Notes: a model not told the origin generated them from the sequence alone. Counted from the stretch's first letter, positions 49,719-61,487 are shown. The stretch: 64,000 nucleotides of DNA from an uncultured Candidatus Actinomarina sp. (GCA_902628045.1 CACOLU010000004.1:8665-72664), one strand, 5' to 3'. Numbers and translations: made by a program.

Positions 49719-50329
49719 GTTGGGATAAAACACTTTTAAAACAAGCAGGAGAAATTATAGAATTATATCCGCAAAAAAGATCAGCACTAGGACCTCTTTT
49801 ACATCTTGCCCAAAGTAAAGATGGATATATATCTGATGATTCAATAAGCGTTATAAGTGAATTATTAGGGATTACAGAGGTTCAAGTAAAATCTGTTTCT
49901 ACATTCTATTCGATGTATAAACAAGAACCAACAGGAAAGTATTTGATAAGTGTTTGTAAATCAATTTCTTGTGAAATTAATAATTCAACTGAAGTTATTG
50001 ATAAGGTACAAGAGTTTACCGGACTAAATAATAATGAAACCGACGAAGATGGACTTTTTTCTTTTGAAGCTGTTGAATGTATTGGCGCTTGCGGTGGCGC
50101 ACCAGCAATGCAGGTTAACTATGAAACAGTTGAAGGCATTAATGCTGAAAATGTATTCAGTCTATGTTCATGGTTAAAAGAGAGTGCTCCAGAAGTTATA
50201 GTTGCTGATGAAATGCAAGAAAACTTTGGCGGTATAAAATCTTTTGATTGGGCAATACAAGACAATACCGGAGCAACATCAACTGCTCCTGGTTTTCAAA
50301 CTTTAAAAACATCTAAGGTAAAAAAATGA
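49715..50329 (+). CDS. nuoE: NADH-quinone oxidoreductase subunit E
   Basis: 2Fe-2S Cys pattern (CKSISC...CIGACGGAP). Confidence 0.85.
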   Translation: MSWDKTLLKQAGEIIELYPQKRSALGPLLHLAQSKDGYISDDSISVISELLGITEVQVKSVSTFYSMYKQEPTGKYLISVCKSISCEINNSTEVIDKVQEFTGLNNNETDEDGLFSFEAVECIGACGGAPAMQVNYETVEGINAENVFSLCSWLKESAPEVIVADEMQENFGGIKSFDWAIQDNTGATSTAPGFQTLKTSKVKK

Positions 50330-51615
50330 GAGAAACTATTCTTCTAACTCAACACATGCGTAGCAATCCAGAAGACAGTCATTTAATTGATAGTTATGAA
50401 AAAAATAATGGATATGTGACCGCAAAAAAAACTCTACTAAATAGCTCTCCAGAGAAAATATTAGAGGAAATTAAGTCTTCAAATATCAGAGGTAGAGGTG
50501 GTGCAGGTTTTCCAACCGGTGTTAAATGGGGTTTTTTAGCTGAAGATGAAGACAGGTATTTAGTAATAAATGCAGATGAGTCTGAACCTGGAACTTTTAA
50601 AGACAGAATTTTACTTGAGCGAGATCCTCATCAACTTATTGAGGGAATTATTATTACATGTTTTTCTGCAAATATTAAAAAAGCCTTCATATATATTCGT
50701 GGTGAGTATGCAAAACCAGCACGTAGAGTTCAGCAGGCAGTAGAACAAGCATATCAAAAAGGTTATTTAGGAAATAAGATTTTTGGTTCAGATATGGATC
50801 TAGACATTGTAGTACATCTAGGTGCGGGTGCTTATATATGCGGTGAGGAGACAGCACTTCTTAATTCATTAGAAGGCCGAAGAGGTGAACCAAGATTAAA
50901 ACCACCTTATTTTCCTGCAGTTAAAGGCTTGTATATGAAACCAACTTTAGTAAACAATGTGGAAACAATTTCTTCAGTACCCTGGATAATTGAAAATGGC
51001 GGGGAAGAATATAACAAATTAGGCGTAGAGGGATCTACTGGAACAAGAATTTTTAGCCTATCAGGACACATAAACAAACCAGGAAATTATGAAATTGAAA
51101 TGGGTGGTTCTTTTGGTGAGTTTGTTGAAACACTTGGTGGAGGAATTAGAAACAGTAAGAAAGTTAAAGCATATATTCCCGGAGGTGCTTCGGCTCCATG
51201 GTTTAGAGGTGATCAGTTAGATATAAAAATGACAATTGATGATGTTGCAAATAATAATTCAATGCTTGGTTCAGGTGCTGTAGTAATGATGGATGAAGAT
51301 ACCAACCTTGTTAGTGCTGCTAAAAGTATAGTCAGCTTTTTTGCTCACGAATCATGTGGTCAGTGCACACCTTGTCGTGAAGGAACTACATGGATTGAAA
51401 TGATATTGGACAGAATTGCAAGTGGCCGAGGGAGAACATCTGACATTAATTTACTTTTAGATGTATGTGATAATATATCTCCAGGATTATCGTGGCCACC
51501 CAAAATGACCACTATATGCCCGCTTGGTCCATCAGCTGTTTCACCCATTACTTCTTTGATGAATGACTTTAGAGAAGAAGTTGAACGCTTGATACCAACG
51601 AAAGTATTGTTATGA
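50326..51615 (+). CDS. nuoF: NADH-quinone oxidoreductase subunit F
   Basis: FMN/NADH motifs GRGGAGFPTG, 4Fe-4S ESCGQCTPCREG. Confidence 0.9.
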   Translation: MRETILLTQHMRSNPEDSHLIDSYEKNNGYVTAKKTLLNSSPEKILEEIKSSNIRGRGGAGFPTGVKWGFLAEDEDRYLVINADESEPGTFKDRILLERDPHQLIEGIIITCFSANIKKAFIYIRGEYAKPARRVQQAVEQAYQKGYLGNKIFGSDMDLDIVVHLGAGAYICGEETALLNSLEGRRGEPRLKPPYFPAVKGLYMKPTLVNNVETISSVPWIIENGGEEYNKLGVEGSTGTRIFSLSGHINKPGNYEIEMGGSFGEFVETLGGGIRNSKKVKAYIPGGASAPWFRGDQLDIKMTIDDVANNNSMLGSGAVVMMDEDTNLVSAAKSIVSFFAHESCGQCTPCREGTTWIEMILDRIASGRGRTSDINLLLDVCDNISPGLSWPPKMTTICPLGPSAVSPITSLMNDFREEVERLIPTKVLL

Positions 51616-53924
51616 GTGAGGTAGTCAATCTAAATGTAAACGGCATTGATATCCAGTCAGATTCTAAAAAACTTTTAATTGAGGCGTGTGAAGATTCAGG
51701 AATTCATATACCCAGGTTTTGTTGGCATAAACGTTTAGATCCAGTTGGCATGTGCAGAATGTGTCTAGTTGAAATTGAAACTCCAAGAGGAAAAATGTTA
51801 GTACCTTCGTGTACTACACAAATTTCTGATGAAATGATTGTAGATACTGAATCTGATGTAGTTAAGAAAGCTCAAGAAGGAGTCCTAGAATTTTTATTAA
51901 TTAACCACCCTCTCGACTGTCCAATATGCGATAAAGCAGGCGAGTGCCCACTACAAGATCAAACTATGGCTTATGGTCCAGGAGAAAGTCGATTTGTTGA
52001 AGAAAAAAGACATTTTGAAAAACCTATAAGTATTTCTGAGATTATCTTGCTGGACAGAGAAAGATGTATTTTGTGTGCAAGATGCACAAGATTCTCAGAT
52101 GAAATATCTGGTGATCCATTAATTGAATTTATTCAAAGAGGTAATAAAACAGAGGTAAATACATTTCCAAATGAGCCATTTAAATCATATTTCTCAGGAA
52201 ATACTGTACAAATATGTCCTGTTGGAGCTCTAACATCAACCTCATATAGATTCAAAGCTAGACCATGGGATTTAAAATCTACAAGATCAACCTGTAATGG
52301 GTGTCCTATGGGTTGTTCTACAGAATTAAATTCATCGCAAAATAAAATGCTTAGAATTCTTGGAGTAGATAATGACTCAGTAAACCAAGGTTGGTTATGC
52401 GACAAAGGTCGTTATAACTTTGAGTATTTGAATTCGGAAACAAGAATAAAAACTCCACTAAAAAAATTAAATAACAACTTTGAAGAAGTTGAGATGCAGG
52501 AAGTTTATAGTGAAATCTCTGAACTTATTAAAAACGAGAATACAAAAGTAAATTTTTACCTTGGGTCAAATCTAACAAACGAAGACTTTGTAGCATTCAG
52601 AGAGTTTGCAAATTCAATTTCTAATAATGATAATAAGTTTTATTTAAATGACGATGTCTTATTTCAAGGCTTTTTCAATGAAGATGTTGAACTAGGAAAA
52701 ATAGATGATCTAAACAATTCTGATGCAATAGTTATTTGGGCTGAAGATTTAAAAGAAAGATTACCAGTTCTTTATTTAAGAGTTAGGCAAGCTGTCAAAA
52801 ATGGTGTAAAGCTTATTGTGTTCGGACATACAAACAGAACTTTGGATGATGTTGCAGAAATTTTTTATAGTGATGAAGTAGTTTCAGAAAATTTTGAAAT
52901 AATAAAAGATTTAACAAAATTAGAAGATTTCAAATCCCTTATAGTAGAAAAAAATGTCACAGCTATTATCGGTAAATCTACTCCACAACAATCAGATAGT
53001 AGTATTAATAAATTATTTGATTTTTTAAACTCTAATTCAAATTTGAAAATTCTAAATGCTTTTACAAAAGGAAATACTTATGGAGCATTTCAAATTTTAG
53101 ATAATTTAAAAGGTACAAAAGATTTTGTCAATGAAATTAATAGTGAAAATACAGATTTATTGTTTGTTGTTGCAGCAGATCCTATTGGTAGGTCAATATA
53201 TTCAAAACAGGTAAAGAAAGTTTTTGATGAAATTAAAACAGTAGTTTCATTGGATAATTTTAAACATGAAACATCGGAGTTAGCAGATGTCATTGTTCCA
53301 ATAAGTTCAACACTTGGAGAAAAAAATGGAACATTCACAAACATTGAGTTTAGAACATCTAGAATTGATAAACTTGTACCATCACCTGGACAAACTGTTA
53401 GTGATTGGGAGTTTATAACAAGCCTTATGAATTTCAGTGGATTGTCGAATAATTCCTACAGTTTAGAAGAGTTAAATACAAAAGCTTTTGAAGATTTAGA
53501 CATAGAGTTAAAACCATATTTTGATAACTTAGATAAACCCTCAAACCTTGATGGAATAATTAACAGAACAACACCCAAAATAGCTACATCAAGTAGTGAT
53601 TCTGAGAAAGTTAATTTTTTTATTGGCGAAAAGCTTTATGGTGATTCCGTAACAGAAAGAAATTCTGAAAGCATCTCTCTCTTGGGAGCAAAGAAATTTA
53701 TTGAGATGAATCAAGAAACTGTAGACAAATTTAAATTGTCTTCTGGAAATTGTCTTTTAGAACAAGACAATTTAGAAATTAATGTATCTTATACAGTTAA
53801 CAACATCCTTCCAAAGGGAACAATATATATCCCGACAAATAGAAGAGAACTTAATAAATTTGATTTCTCAAAAAAAATTATGATTACACCAAGTCGCGTT
53901 AAAGAGGCTTTAAATGTCAACTGA
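51612..53924 (+). CDS. nuoG: NADH-quinone oxidoreductase subunit G
   Basis: N-terminal Fe-S Cys clusters (CRMC, HPLDCPICDKAGEC, CILCARC), molybdopterin-like domain; 770 aa. Confidence 0.9.
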   Translation: MSEVVNLNVNGIDIQSDSKKLLIEACEDSGIHIPRFCWHKRLDPVGMCRMCLVEIETPRGKMLVPSCTTQISDEMIVDTESDVVKKAQEGVLEFLLINHPLDCPICDKAGECPLQDQTMAYGPGESRFVEEKRHFEKPISISEIILLDRERCILCARCTRFSDEISGDPLIEFIQRGNKTEVNTFPNEPFKSYFSGNTVQICPVGALTSTSYRFKARPWDLKSTRSTCNGCPMGCSTELNSSQNKMLRILGVDNDSVNQGWLCDKGRYNFEYLNSETRIKTPLKKLNNNFEEVEMQEVYSEISELIKNENTKVNFYLGSNLTNEDFVAFREFANSISNNDNKFYLNDDVLFQGFFNEDVELGKIDDLNNSDAIVIWAEDLKERLPVLYLRVRQAVKNGVKLIVFGHTNRTLDDVAEIFYSDEVVSENFEIIKDLTKLEDFKSLIVEKNVTAIIGKSTPQQSDSSINKLFDFLNSNSNLKILNAFTKGNTYGAFQILDNLKGTKDFVNEINSENTDLLFVVAADPIGRSIYSKQVKKVFDEIKTVVSLDNFKHETSELADVIVPISSTLGEKNGTFTNIEFRTSRIDKLVPSPGQTVSDWEFITSLMNFSGLSNNSYSLEELNTKAFEDLDIELKPYFDNLDKPSNLDGIINRTTPKIATSSSDSEKVNFFIGEKLYGDSVTERNSESISLLGAKKFIEMNQETVDKFKLSSGNCLLEQDNLEINVSYTVNNILPKGTIYIPTNRRELNKFDFSKKIMITPSRVKEALNVN

Positions 53925-55011
53925 ACTGATAATTGCATTAATAAAGTCAGGTATTGCATTATCGGTCTTATTAACTAACACAATTCTATTAATTTGGCTT
54001 GAAAGAAAAATAGTTGCTGGAATGCAATCAAGAGTAGGTCCTGATAGAGCTGGGCCATTTGGAATATTACAAACTTTAGCAGACGCGATTAAGTTATTAC
54101 TTAAAGAACAAATTATGCCTTTAAAAGCTGATAGGGCAATGTATTTGTTGGCACCTATTATTGCATTAGTCCCCTCATTTTTAATATTTATGATTATTCC
54201 CCTAGGTCCAGATTTAAATATTGAAGTTGCTGGAAAAAATTATGTAGTTGACCTTGTGGGTGCAGATTTAAATGTAGGTGTTTTGTATTTTTTGGCCTTG
54301 TCTTCTATTGCGGTGTATAGTGTCGTTCTTGCAGGTTGGTCATCTGGTTCTAAGTACCCACTTCTTGGAGGTGTTAGAGCATCTGCTCAAATGATCTCAT
54401 ATGAAGCAGCTATGGGCTTATCCCTTGTACCAGTAATACTTTACTCTGGCTCACTTTCTCTTGTCGATATTGTTGATAGTCAATCTGGTAATTTATCGAG
54501 CCCTATTCCGTTTTTGGATTCTGTAGTTTCTTTCATACCTAAATGGAATGTTTTTCCTCAATTTGTTGCTTTTGGAATCTTTTTTATAGCTGCTGTAGCA
54601 GAAGTGAATAGAGCTCCTTTTGATCTTGTTGAAGCTGAACAAGAGTTAGTTGGTGGTTTTCATACAGAGTATTCAGGATTTAGGTTTGCAATGTTCTTCT
54701 TAGCTGAATATATAAATATGTTTAATATGTGTGCTATAACTGCCACTTTCTTTTTAGGAGGATGGCTTGGTCCTACCTTTGAAAATTTCTTACCCCCTCT
54801 ATTATCGGCAATAATGCCAATTTTTTGGCTTGGAATAAAAATTTTTGCATTGTTGTTTCTATTCATTTGGTTTAGAGCAACATTACCAAGACTTAGATAC
54901 GACCAATTAATGGAGCTTGGTTGGAAAAGACTTATTCCTGCATCATTAGTTTGGCTCATATTATCAGCAATAGTTTTAGGTTTTAGAGAGTTTGGGTTGC
55001 CATGGAGTTAA
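53914..55011 (+). CDS. nuoH: NADH-quinone oxidoreductase subunit H
   Basis: ND1-like 8-TM, GWSSGSKYPLLGG.R motif. Confidence 0.9.
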   Translation: MSTELIIALIKSGIALSVLLTNTILLIWLERKIVAGMQSRVGPDRAGPFGILQTLADAIKLLLKEQIMPLKADRAMYLLAPIIALVPSFLIFMIIPLGPDLNIEVAGKNYVVDLVGADLNVGVLYFLALSSIAVYSVVLAGWSSGSKYPLLGGVRASAQMISYEAAMGLSLVPVILYSGSLSLVDIVDSQSGNLSSPIPFLDSVVSFIPKWNVFPQFVAFGIFFIAAVAEVNRAPFDLVEAEQELVGGFHTEYSGFRFAMFFLAEYINMFNMCAITATFFLGGWLGPTFENFLPPLLSAIMPIFWLGIKIFALLFLFIWFRATLPRLRYDQLMELGWKRLIPASLVWLILSAIVLGFREFGLPWS

Positions 55012-55014
55012 TTT

Positions 55015-55629
55015 ATGAGTGATACGTTTGGTTTAGTAAAAGGATTAAAAGTTACCTTTAAAGAGCTATTTCGAAAGTCGGTTACTGACAAATATCCAAA
55101 AGAATTCAGAGAAAAGCCTCAAAGGTTTCATGGTCGTCATGTTTTAAACAAATATGAAGATGGAATGGAAAAATGCATTGGTTGTGAATTGTGCGCAGGA
55201 GTTTGTCCCGCACAATGTATTTATGTTAGGGGTGAGGACAATCCTGAAGAGAGTCCTGTTAGCCCGGGTGAGAGATATGGATTTATTTATGAAATTAATA
55301 TGCTTAGGTGTATATATTGCGCTTTATGCGTTGAAGCATGTCCAACGGAAGCAATTACTATGACATCCTTATTTGAGATGAGTGTTACAAACAGATCAGA
55401 AGCAATTTTCGATAAAGATGTACTCGTTGTCAATGAAGATGGAACTCCAAACACCCATGAAGTCAAGACTAAATTAACAAATATAGATGACCTTAATACA
55501 TCGGATGGATGGATGAGAGCAACTTCTCCAAATGGTAATCCAAATTTTCAAAATGTAGTTAACTGGTCAGGTTCACTTGGAGTAGGAAAGAAGCCACCAG
55601 AAGAAGGACAATCATTGGAGGAAGAGTAA
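55015..55629 (+). CDS. nuoI: NADH-quinone oxidoreductase subunit I
   Basis: Two 4Fe-4S ferredoxin motifs CIGCELCAGVCP and CIYCALCVEACP. Confidence 0.9.
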   Translation: MSDTFGLVKGLKVTFKELFRKSVTDKYPKEFREKPQRFHGRHVLNKYEDGMEKCIGCELCAGVCPAQCIYVRGEDNPEESPVSPGERYGFIYEINMLRCIYCALCVEACPTEAITMTSLFEMSVTNRSEAIFDKDVLVVNEDGTPNTHEVKTKLTNIDDLNTSDGWMRATSPNGNPNFQNVVNWSGSLGVGKKPPEEGQSLEEE

Positions 55630-55630
55630 A

Positions 55631-56158
55631 TTGTTTGAGGCGTTCCTCTTTTTTGCACCAGCAAGTTTAATAATATTAGGAGCACTCATTGTAATTTTTG
55701 CTAAAAATCCGGTACATAATGCCATGGGTTTAGTAATGACTTTAGTTTCTTTGGCAATAATTTATATAACTCTAAATGCTACTTTTGTAGCCATGGTTCA
55801 AATGTTAGTTTATGCAGGCGCCGTAATGACTCTCTTTCTGTTTGTGATAATGATGATAGGTGTTGATAAAAAAGAACAAACTACTGACTCAATTAAAGGC
55901 CAAACATTTTTAGTAAGTGGAGTATTTTTAATACTTATTTCCTTATTAGTTTACGTAGCTGTTAGCTCAGATTTTAAATGGGATCTCTGGTTCCCACCGG
56001 TTGAATATGATGTTGAAGGAACACCACAACTGATTGCAGGTACATTATTTACAGCATGGATATTTCCATTTGAAATAATTTCTATATTGTTAATTGTTGC
56101 TACTGCTGCAGCAATTGCACTTGCATATGACACGAAGAAAAGAAATAGCAATGCTTGA
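55631..56158 (+). CDS. nuoJ: NADH-quinone oxidoreductase subunit J
   Basis: ND6-like hydrophobic protein; TTG start. Confidence 0.8.
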   Translation: MFEAFLFFAPASLIILGALIVIFAKNPVHNAMGLVMTLVSLAIIYITLNATFVAMVQMLVYAGAVMTLFLFVIMMIGVDKKEQTTDSIKGQTFLVSGVFLILISLLVYVAVSSDFKWDLWFPPVEYDVEGTPQLIAGTLFTAWIFPFEIISILLIVATAAAIALAYDTKKRNSNA

Positions 56159-56459
56159 AGTAACTACTGATTGGTATCTTTCACTAGCCGCAATCTTATT
56201 CACTATTGGATTTCTTGGAATGATGATTAGAAAAAATGCTTTGATTATGTTTATGTGTATTGAGTTGATGTTAAATGCTGTAAATTTGACATTCATCTCA
56301 GCATCCAAACATTTTGGCCAAATTGAAGGTCAGGTTTTTGTTTTTTTTGTTTTAGTTGTTGCAGCAGCAGAAGTAGTGGTTGGTCTTGCAATTATTGTTT
56401 CTATTTTTAGGAAACAGTCATCTGCGTCAGTTGATGTATTAAATGTGGCTAGAGGTTAG
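56151..56459 (+). CDS. nuoK: NADH-quinone oxidoreductase subunit K
   Basis: ND4L-like 3-TM protein; start taken as the ATG at 56151 (ATGCTTGA overlap with the nuoJ stop) instead of the upstream ORF-track start at 56094. Confidence 0.8.
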   Translation: MLEVTTDWYLSLAAILFTIGFLGMMIRKNALIMFMCIELMLNAVNLTFISASKHFGQIEGQVFVFFVLVVAAAEVVVGLAIIVSIFRKQSSASVDVLNVARG

Positions 56460-58362
56460 TTTGGAATTCATTTTTCTACTTTCAATTTTCCTACCATTCC
56501 TAACGGCTATTTTTTTATTTCTAAATAAGAAATTATTTAATGAACTAATGACAAACTTTTTTACTCTAAACGCTGCACTTCTTTCATTTGCTATCGCAGC
56601 GTATTCTTTTGTTGCACTTGCTTTGAATAAATTTAATGGAGTAAATATAGAGCTGTTCCAATGGATTTCTAATCCTGATATAAGTATTGGATTTACTCTT
56701 GACGGATTGTCTGGGATTATGCTGATATTAGTTACTGGCCTTTCTTTTGTTATTCAGCTTTTCTCAACTTCGTATATGGAAAAAGATGAAAATTACAGCA
56801 ATTATTTTATATATTTCAATTTTTTTGTATTTTCAATGTTGCTGTTAGTAATGTCTTCAAACTTTTTAGTGATGTTTTTTGGGTGGGAGCTTGTGGGCTT
56901 GAGTTCCTATTTATTAATTTCATTTTGGTCCAAAAAACCAGCAGCTGCAAAAGCTGGAAATAAAGCGTTTGTAATAAATAGAGTTGGTGATTTTGGATTC
57001 TTAATTGGATTAATGATTATATTGGATAATTTCAATACCTTTGATTTTTACACAATTTTAAATAATACAAATGAAGTATCTGAAAACACTATCACATTAA
57101 TTTCTCTTTTTTTACTTCTCGGAGCGTTTGGTAAATCTGCTCAATTTCCATTATTTAGTTGGCTTCCAGATGCAATGGAGGGTCCAACTCCTGCAAGTGC
57201 ACTTATCCACGCAGCAACAATGGTTACGGCTGGGGTATTTATGCTTGTTCGAATCTCTCCACTTTTACAACACTCAAATTTAGCAAGTCTTTTAATAACA
57301 GTTTTTGGCCTTATAACGGCTCTACTCGCAGCATTTTCTGCCATAAATCAATATGATATTAAAAAAGTTTTAGCATACTCTACCATTTCACAACTTGGTT
57401 TTATGTTTATCGCAATAGGCGCCGGGGCATATGTAGCTGCGATTTTTCACTTAGTTACTCATGCGTTTTTCAAAGCATTGCTATTTCTTGGAGCAGGAGC
57501 AGTCATACATTCTATGCATCATGAACAAGATATCAGGAAAATGGGAGGGTTAAGAAAACAAATGCCAATTACAGCTTCAATGATGGGTGTTGGAACACTT
57601 GCAATTTCTGGAATACCCCCACTTGCAGGATTTTGGTCAAAAGATGAAATATTAGCTTCTGTATTCGCAAATGGCGGTATTTATTATATCTTTTGGGCTC
57701 TCACTTTAGGTGCAGCTTTTCTGACTGCATTTTATATGGGTAGACACTGGTTATTAATTTTTGAAAAAGATAATGGTTTTGAACATTCAGATATTAACGA
57801 AGCTCCAAAAGCAATGACAAGGCCTCTATTGCTTCTTGGAATATTTTCTATATTTATTGGATTTATAAATACACCATTTTTTCACGGTTTAGAAAAAGTT
57901 CTTCACGTCAATCTTGAGTATGTTGAGGTAACACATTTACCTGAGGGAATTACCCTTATTGTTTTAGCAGTTTTGTCTATTGGAGCTGGCTTTACAGGTT
58001 TAATTATTGCATTTTTATTTTTTGGTATTGAATTACACAAGCGTATTGATTTACAAAAATTTAAACTTGAGTACCCTATTAAATTAATCAAAGATCTCTC
58101 TTTTAATGTTTTGTACCTAAATAAATTCGGAAATTTATTTTTCGTGTCTGGCATGAAAAACTTAACTCGTAAAGTAGCTGTTGTAGTCGATGGTATATTA
58201 ATAGACGGTTCAGTCAATTTTGTGTCAACAGCATTTAATACAACGTCAAAAATCACCTCTACAACTCAAACTGGAATGGTAAGAAATTATGTTGTTTATT
58301 TTGGTTTATTTTTGTTACTTCTAATTGTTCTGTTCATTGCTACTCCAATGTTGCAATCATGA
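56443..58362 (+). CDS. nuoL: NADH-quinone oxidoreductase subunit L
   Basis: ND5-like antiporter subunit with long C-terminal extension; 639 aa. Confidence 0.9.
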   Translation: MWLEVSLEFIFLLSIFLPFLTAIFLFLNKKLFNELMTNFFTLNAALLSFAIAAYSFVALALNKFNGVNIELFQWISNPDISIGFTLDGLSGIMLILVTGLSFVIQLFSTSYMEKDENYSNYFIYFNFFVFSMLLLVMSSNFLVMFFGWELVGLSSYLLISFWSKKPAAAKAGNKAFVINRVGDFGFLIGLMIILDNFNTFDFYTILNNTNEVSENTITLISLFLLLGAFGKSAQFPLFSWLPDAMEGPTPASALIHAATMVTAGVFMLVRISPLLQHSNLASLLITVFGLITALLAAFSAINQYDIKKVLAYSTISQLGFMFIAIGAGAYVAAIFHLVTHAFFKALLFLGAGAVIHSMHHEQDIRKMGGLRKQMPITASMMGVGTLAISGIPPLAGFWSKDEILASVFANGGIYYIFWALTLGAAFLTAFYMGRHWLLIFEKDNGFEHSDINEAPKAMTRPLLLLGIFSIFIGFINTPFFHGLEKVLHVNLEYVEVTHLPEGITLIVLAVLSIGAGFTGLIIAFLFFGIELHKRIDLQKFKLEYPIKLIKDLSFNVLYLNKFGNLFFVSGMKNLTRKVAVVVDGILIDGSVNFVSTAFNTTSKITSTTQTGMVRNYVVYFGLFLLLLIVLFIATPMLQS

Positions 58363-59846
58363 TTGCGATAATGTTTTCTCTTTTGATAATTCCTCTTAGT
58401 GGTGCATTATTTGTGTTTGCTATTTCAAATTCAAGAAAAGAATTATTTAGACCAATCGCAATTGCTTTTTCATTAATTACATTTACCCAAACTGTATATT
58501 TATTATTCGGTGAATATGCAAAAACAGAATTTACAATTTTATCTAATTTTGATTGGATTCAGTCTTATGGACTAAGTTTGCATTTTGGATTATCAGGAAT
58601 GTCTACACTTTTACTTGTATTAACTTCATTGTTAGTGTGTGTATCTCTTTTATCTATCGGTAAAGATCACGCTGAAAGTAAGGGCTTTGTTGGAGCACTC
58701 TTATCATTGCAATTTGCTATAAATGGGGTATTTATAAGTGGTGACTTAATATCTTTGTTTATATTTTTTGAAGCCTTGCTAATCCCGATGTATTTTCTAA
58801 TGGGTATATGGGGTGGAGAAAACAGAAGATATGCAACAATAAAATTTATTCTTTATACTGTTTTTGGTTCAGTCTTCATATTTATTGGAACAGTTTATAC
58901 AGCAGTGTTAAGTTATAGGGTGAATGGGAAGCTCGCAGTAGATTTTGAAACATTAGCTTCCTTAATTTTGCTTGAATCTCAATCAAGAACTTTATTCTTG
59001 TTATTCACTTTCGGTTTTTTGATTAAAGTTCCAATATTTCCACTACATACGTGGTTGCCTGATGCTCACGTAGAAGCACCAACTGCTGGAAGTATAATGT
59101 TAGCTGGAGTTCTTCTAAAAGTTGGTGCATATGGAATACTAAGAGTTTCGATACCTTTTTTTACCGAGGGTTTTCTTGCATATAAAAATTTAATTGCAGT
59201 TCTTTCTGTTATTGGAATAATTTATGGAGCTATAGTTGCTATTGCACAAATTGATATAAAGAAATTAATTGCATACTCTTCAGTAAGTCATATGGGATTT
59301 GTTATGTTGGGAATATCAGCTGGAGGTTTTTTAAGTCTTGAAGGAGCAATAATACAAATGATTAACCATGGTATTACAGCTGGAGCATTGTTTATGCTAG
59401 TTGGTTTTATATATGAAAGAAGGCACACAAGGAATATAGGTGATTTTGGAGGAGTAAAAATTTCAATGCCAAGGTATGCAGCTGTATTTCTGTTTACATC
59501 ATTTGCTTCTATTGGCCTCCCAGGTCTAAATGGGTTTGTTGGTGAGTTTATGATTCTTATGGGTAGTTACAACACTTATAAAGTTCTTACATCATTTGCA
59601 GCTTTTGGGGTTGTTTTAGCAGCAATCTACATGCTTTGGGCTTATCAAAGAATGTTTACAGGCCCAATCAAATATGAAGAAAATGAAACCCTTGATGATC
59701 TTAACTCTCGAGAAACTGCTTCAATAGCCCCTTTGGTATTATTGATGCTGTTTATTGGTATTTATCCTAATTTTATTGAAAGTTTTGTTATTCAAGAAGC
59801 AAGTTTATTAAGTGAGACAATCGCAATGTTCGCGGAGTTAAAATGA
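58359..59846 (+). CDS. nuoM: NADH-quinone oxidoreductase subunit M
   Basis: ND4-like antiporter subunit, WLPDAHVEAPT motif. Confidence 0.9.
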   Translation: MIAIMFSLLIIPLSGALFVFAISNSRKELFRPIAIAFSLITFTQTVYLLFGEYAKTEFTILSNFDWIQSYGLSLHFGLSGMSTLLLVLTSLLVCVSLLSIGKDHAESKGFVGALLSLQFAINGVFISGDLISLFIFFEALLIPMYFLMGIWGGENRRYATIKFILYTVFGSVFIFIGTVYTAVLSYRVNGKLAVDFETLASLILLESQSRTLFLLFTFGFLIKVPIFPLHTWLPDAHVEAPTAGSIMLAGVLLKVGAYGILRVSIPFFTEGFLAYKNLIAVLSVIGIIYGAIVAIAQIDIKKLIAYSSVSHMGFVMLGISAGGFLSLEGAIIQMINHGITAGALFMLVGFIYERRHTRNIGDFGGVKISMPRYAAVFLFTSFASIGLPGLNGFVGEFMILMGSYNTYKVLTSFAAFGVVLAAIYMLWAYQRMFTGPIKYEENETLDDLNSRETASIAPLVLLMLFIGIYPNFIESFVIQEASLLSETIAMFAELK

Positions 59847-61315
59847 CTTCAATCTCTGAGTTTTTAGGTATTAATTACATAGTCATTGCTCCTACACTAG
59901 CATTACTTTTAACTGTCATAGTATTGTTGTTTTGCACAATTACTATCTCAACACCAATGTACGTAAAAAAATATATTTCATTTTTTGGAATTTTATTAAC
60001 TTTATTCACAATCTTTTTAAAGTTTGGATTATTTTTTACAGATGGAGTCTCTTCGTACTTCTCAGAAAAAATTCTTCTAGATGAATTCGCACTTGTTGGT
60101 AACGTACTAATTGGTCTAGTCTTACTTTTTACATTCAACTCATTCTGGCAAACTTCAGAGATGATAGAAAATAAAACTACTGAAGCTTTAATTCTTGTTT
60201 TGATGTCTGCCTCTGGTTTTTTGCTAATGGTAGATTCAGAAAACTTCATAATGTTGTTTATAGGTCTAGAAATTGGTTCAATTAGTTTATATGCCTTAGC
60301 AGGACTTAACAGAGGCGATCAATTAAGTAATGAGGCTGCTTTGAAATATTTTTTACTTGGCTCTTTAGCTTCCTGCATATTTGTTTATGGAATTGCATTA
60401 GCTTACATCTCATTATCAGTAACTGGAGTATTTGATACAAGTATTGCAATTAGTTATATTGGCCCTGAAAATGTTCCACTGACAACATTTATTGGACTTA
60501 TATTAATAACAGTTGGTTTACTATTTAAAGTTGCTGCTGCCCCCTTCCAAGCATGGGCACCAGATGTATATCAAGGATCTCCGACTGGATATGTTGGGTA
60601 TATGGCTACTGTTGCAAAAGCAGCATCTTTTATTGTTCTTGCAAGGCTTGTTGCAGTTTCTCTGTCATTTATAATTGATCAATTTGATTTATTCTTTGGG
60701 GCAGTTGTAATTTTATCTGTATTAGCTGGAGCTTTGTTCGCAACAAATCAGACTGATTTAAAAAGATTGATTGCTTATAGTGGTGTTATTCAATCAGGAT
60801 TTATACTCTCTGGAATATCTTCAGGCGTTTATGGAGTAAGTGCTTCGATTTTTTATTTGATCACTTATATCATTCAATTAATTGGGATCTTTACTATATT
60901 TTCAATAATCAGTGGACAGTTAAGTTCAGATTTTCAGATATCTAATATTTCGGGATTATTCAAAGAAAACAAATATATAACAATTACTTTTTCTATATTT
61001 ATGCTCGGACTTGCAGGACTTCCACTAACAAGTGGATTTGTTTCGAAGTTTATTTTGATAACTAATCTTTGGTCATACGAGAGGTATATATTAGTGACTG
61101 TTTTGATGCTAACTACAGTCGCGGGTTTTTACTTTTATTTACGACCTATTTGGGTAGCTGCTGTAGAAAAAACAGAAAATGCGGTTGAAAGAATACAAGT
61201 AAAAAATTCAGATAAATTATTACTTGGAATATTGGCTGCTTTAACTATCTATTTTGGATTACTTCCAAATACCTTAGTTAACATAACTCGTTGGATGGTT
61301 GAGGGATATCTTTAA
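59843..61315 (+). CDS. nuoN: NADH-quinone oxidoreductase subunit N
   Basis: ND2-like antiporter subunit; last canonical nuo gene. Confidence 0.85.
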   Translation: MTSISEFLGINYIVIAPTLALLLTVIVLLFCTITISTPMYVKKYISFFGILLTLFTIFLKFGLFFTDGVSSYFSEKILLDEFALVGNVLIGLVLLFTFNSFWQTSEMIENKTTEALILVLMSASGFLLMVDSENFIMLFIGLEIGSISLYALAGLNRGDQLSNEAALKYFLLGSLASCIFVYGIALAYISLSVTGVFDTSIAISYIGPENVPLTTFIGLILITVGLLFKVAAAPFQAWAPDVYQGSPTGYVGYMATVAKAASFIVLARLVAVSLSFIIDQFDLFFGAVVILSVLAGALFATNQTDLKRLIAYSGVIQSGFILSGISSGVYGVSASIFYLITYIIQLIGIFTIFSIISGQLSSDFQISNISGLFKENKYITITFSIFMLGLAGLPLTSGFVSKFILITNLWSYERYILVTVLMLTTVAGFYFYLRPIWVAAVEKTENAVERIQVKNSDKLLLGILAALTIYFGLLPNTLVNITRWMVEGYL

Positions 61316-61446
61316 TGTTCACCAAAATAATTCCACCAACTAGTCTTTATCATCAGGGTGGTTGGGATGAAATGCTAATGTTTTTAATACCGGCTTTACT
61401 TTTAACTTGGTTAAGAAATAAACAAAAAAATGAAAAATCTGAGGAA
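61315..61446 (+). CDS. Unannotated 43-aa membrane micro-protein, translationally coupled to the nuoN stop (TAATG)
   Basis: ATG overlaps the nuoN TAA; MFTKIIPPTSLYHQGGWDEMLMFLIPALLLTWLRNKQKNEKSEE has one hydrophobic helix plus a basic/acidic tail; below the ORF-track size cutoff. Confidence 0.35.
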
Positions 61447-61487
61447 TAATTTATTCTTTTTGAATTTTTCATCTTAAAATAAAATAT

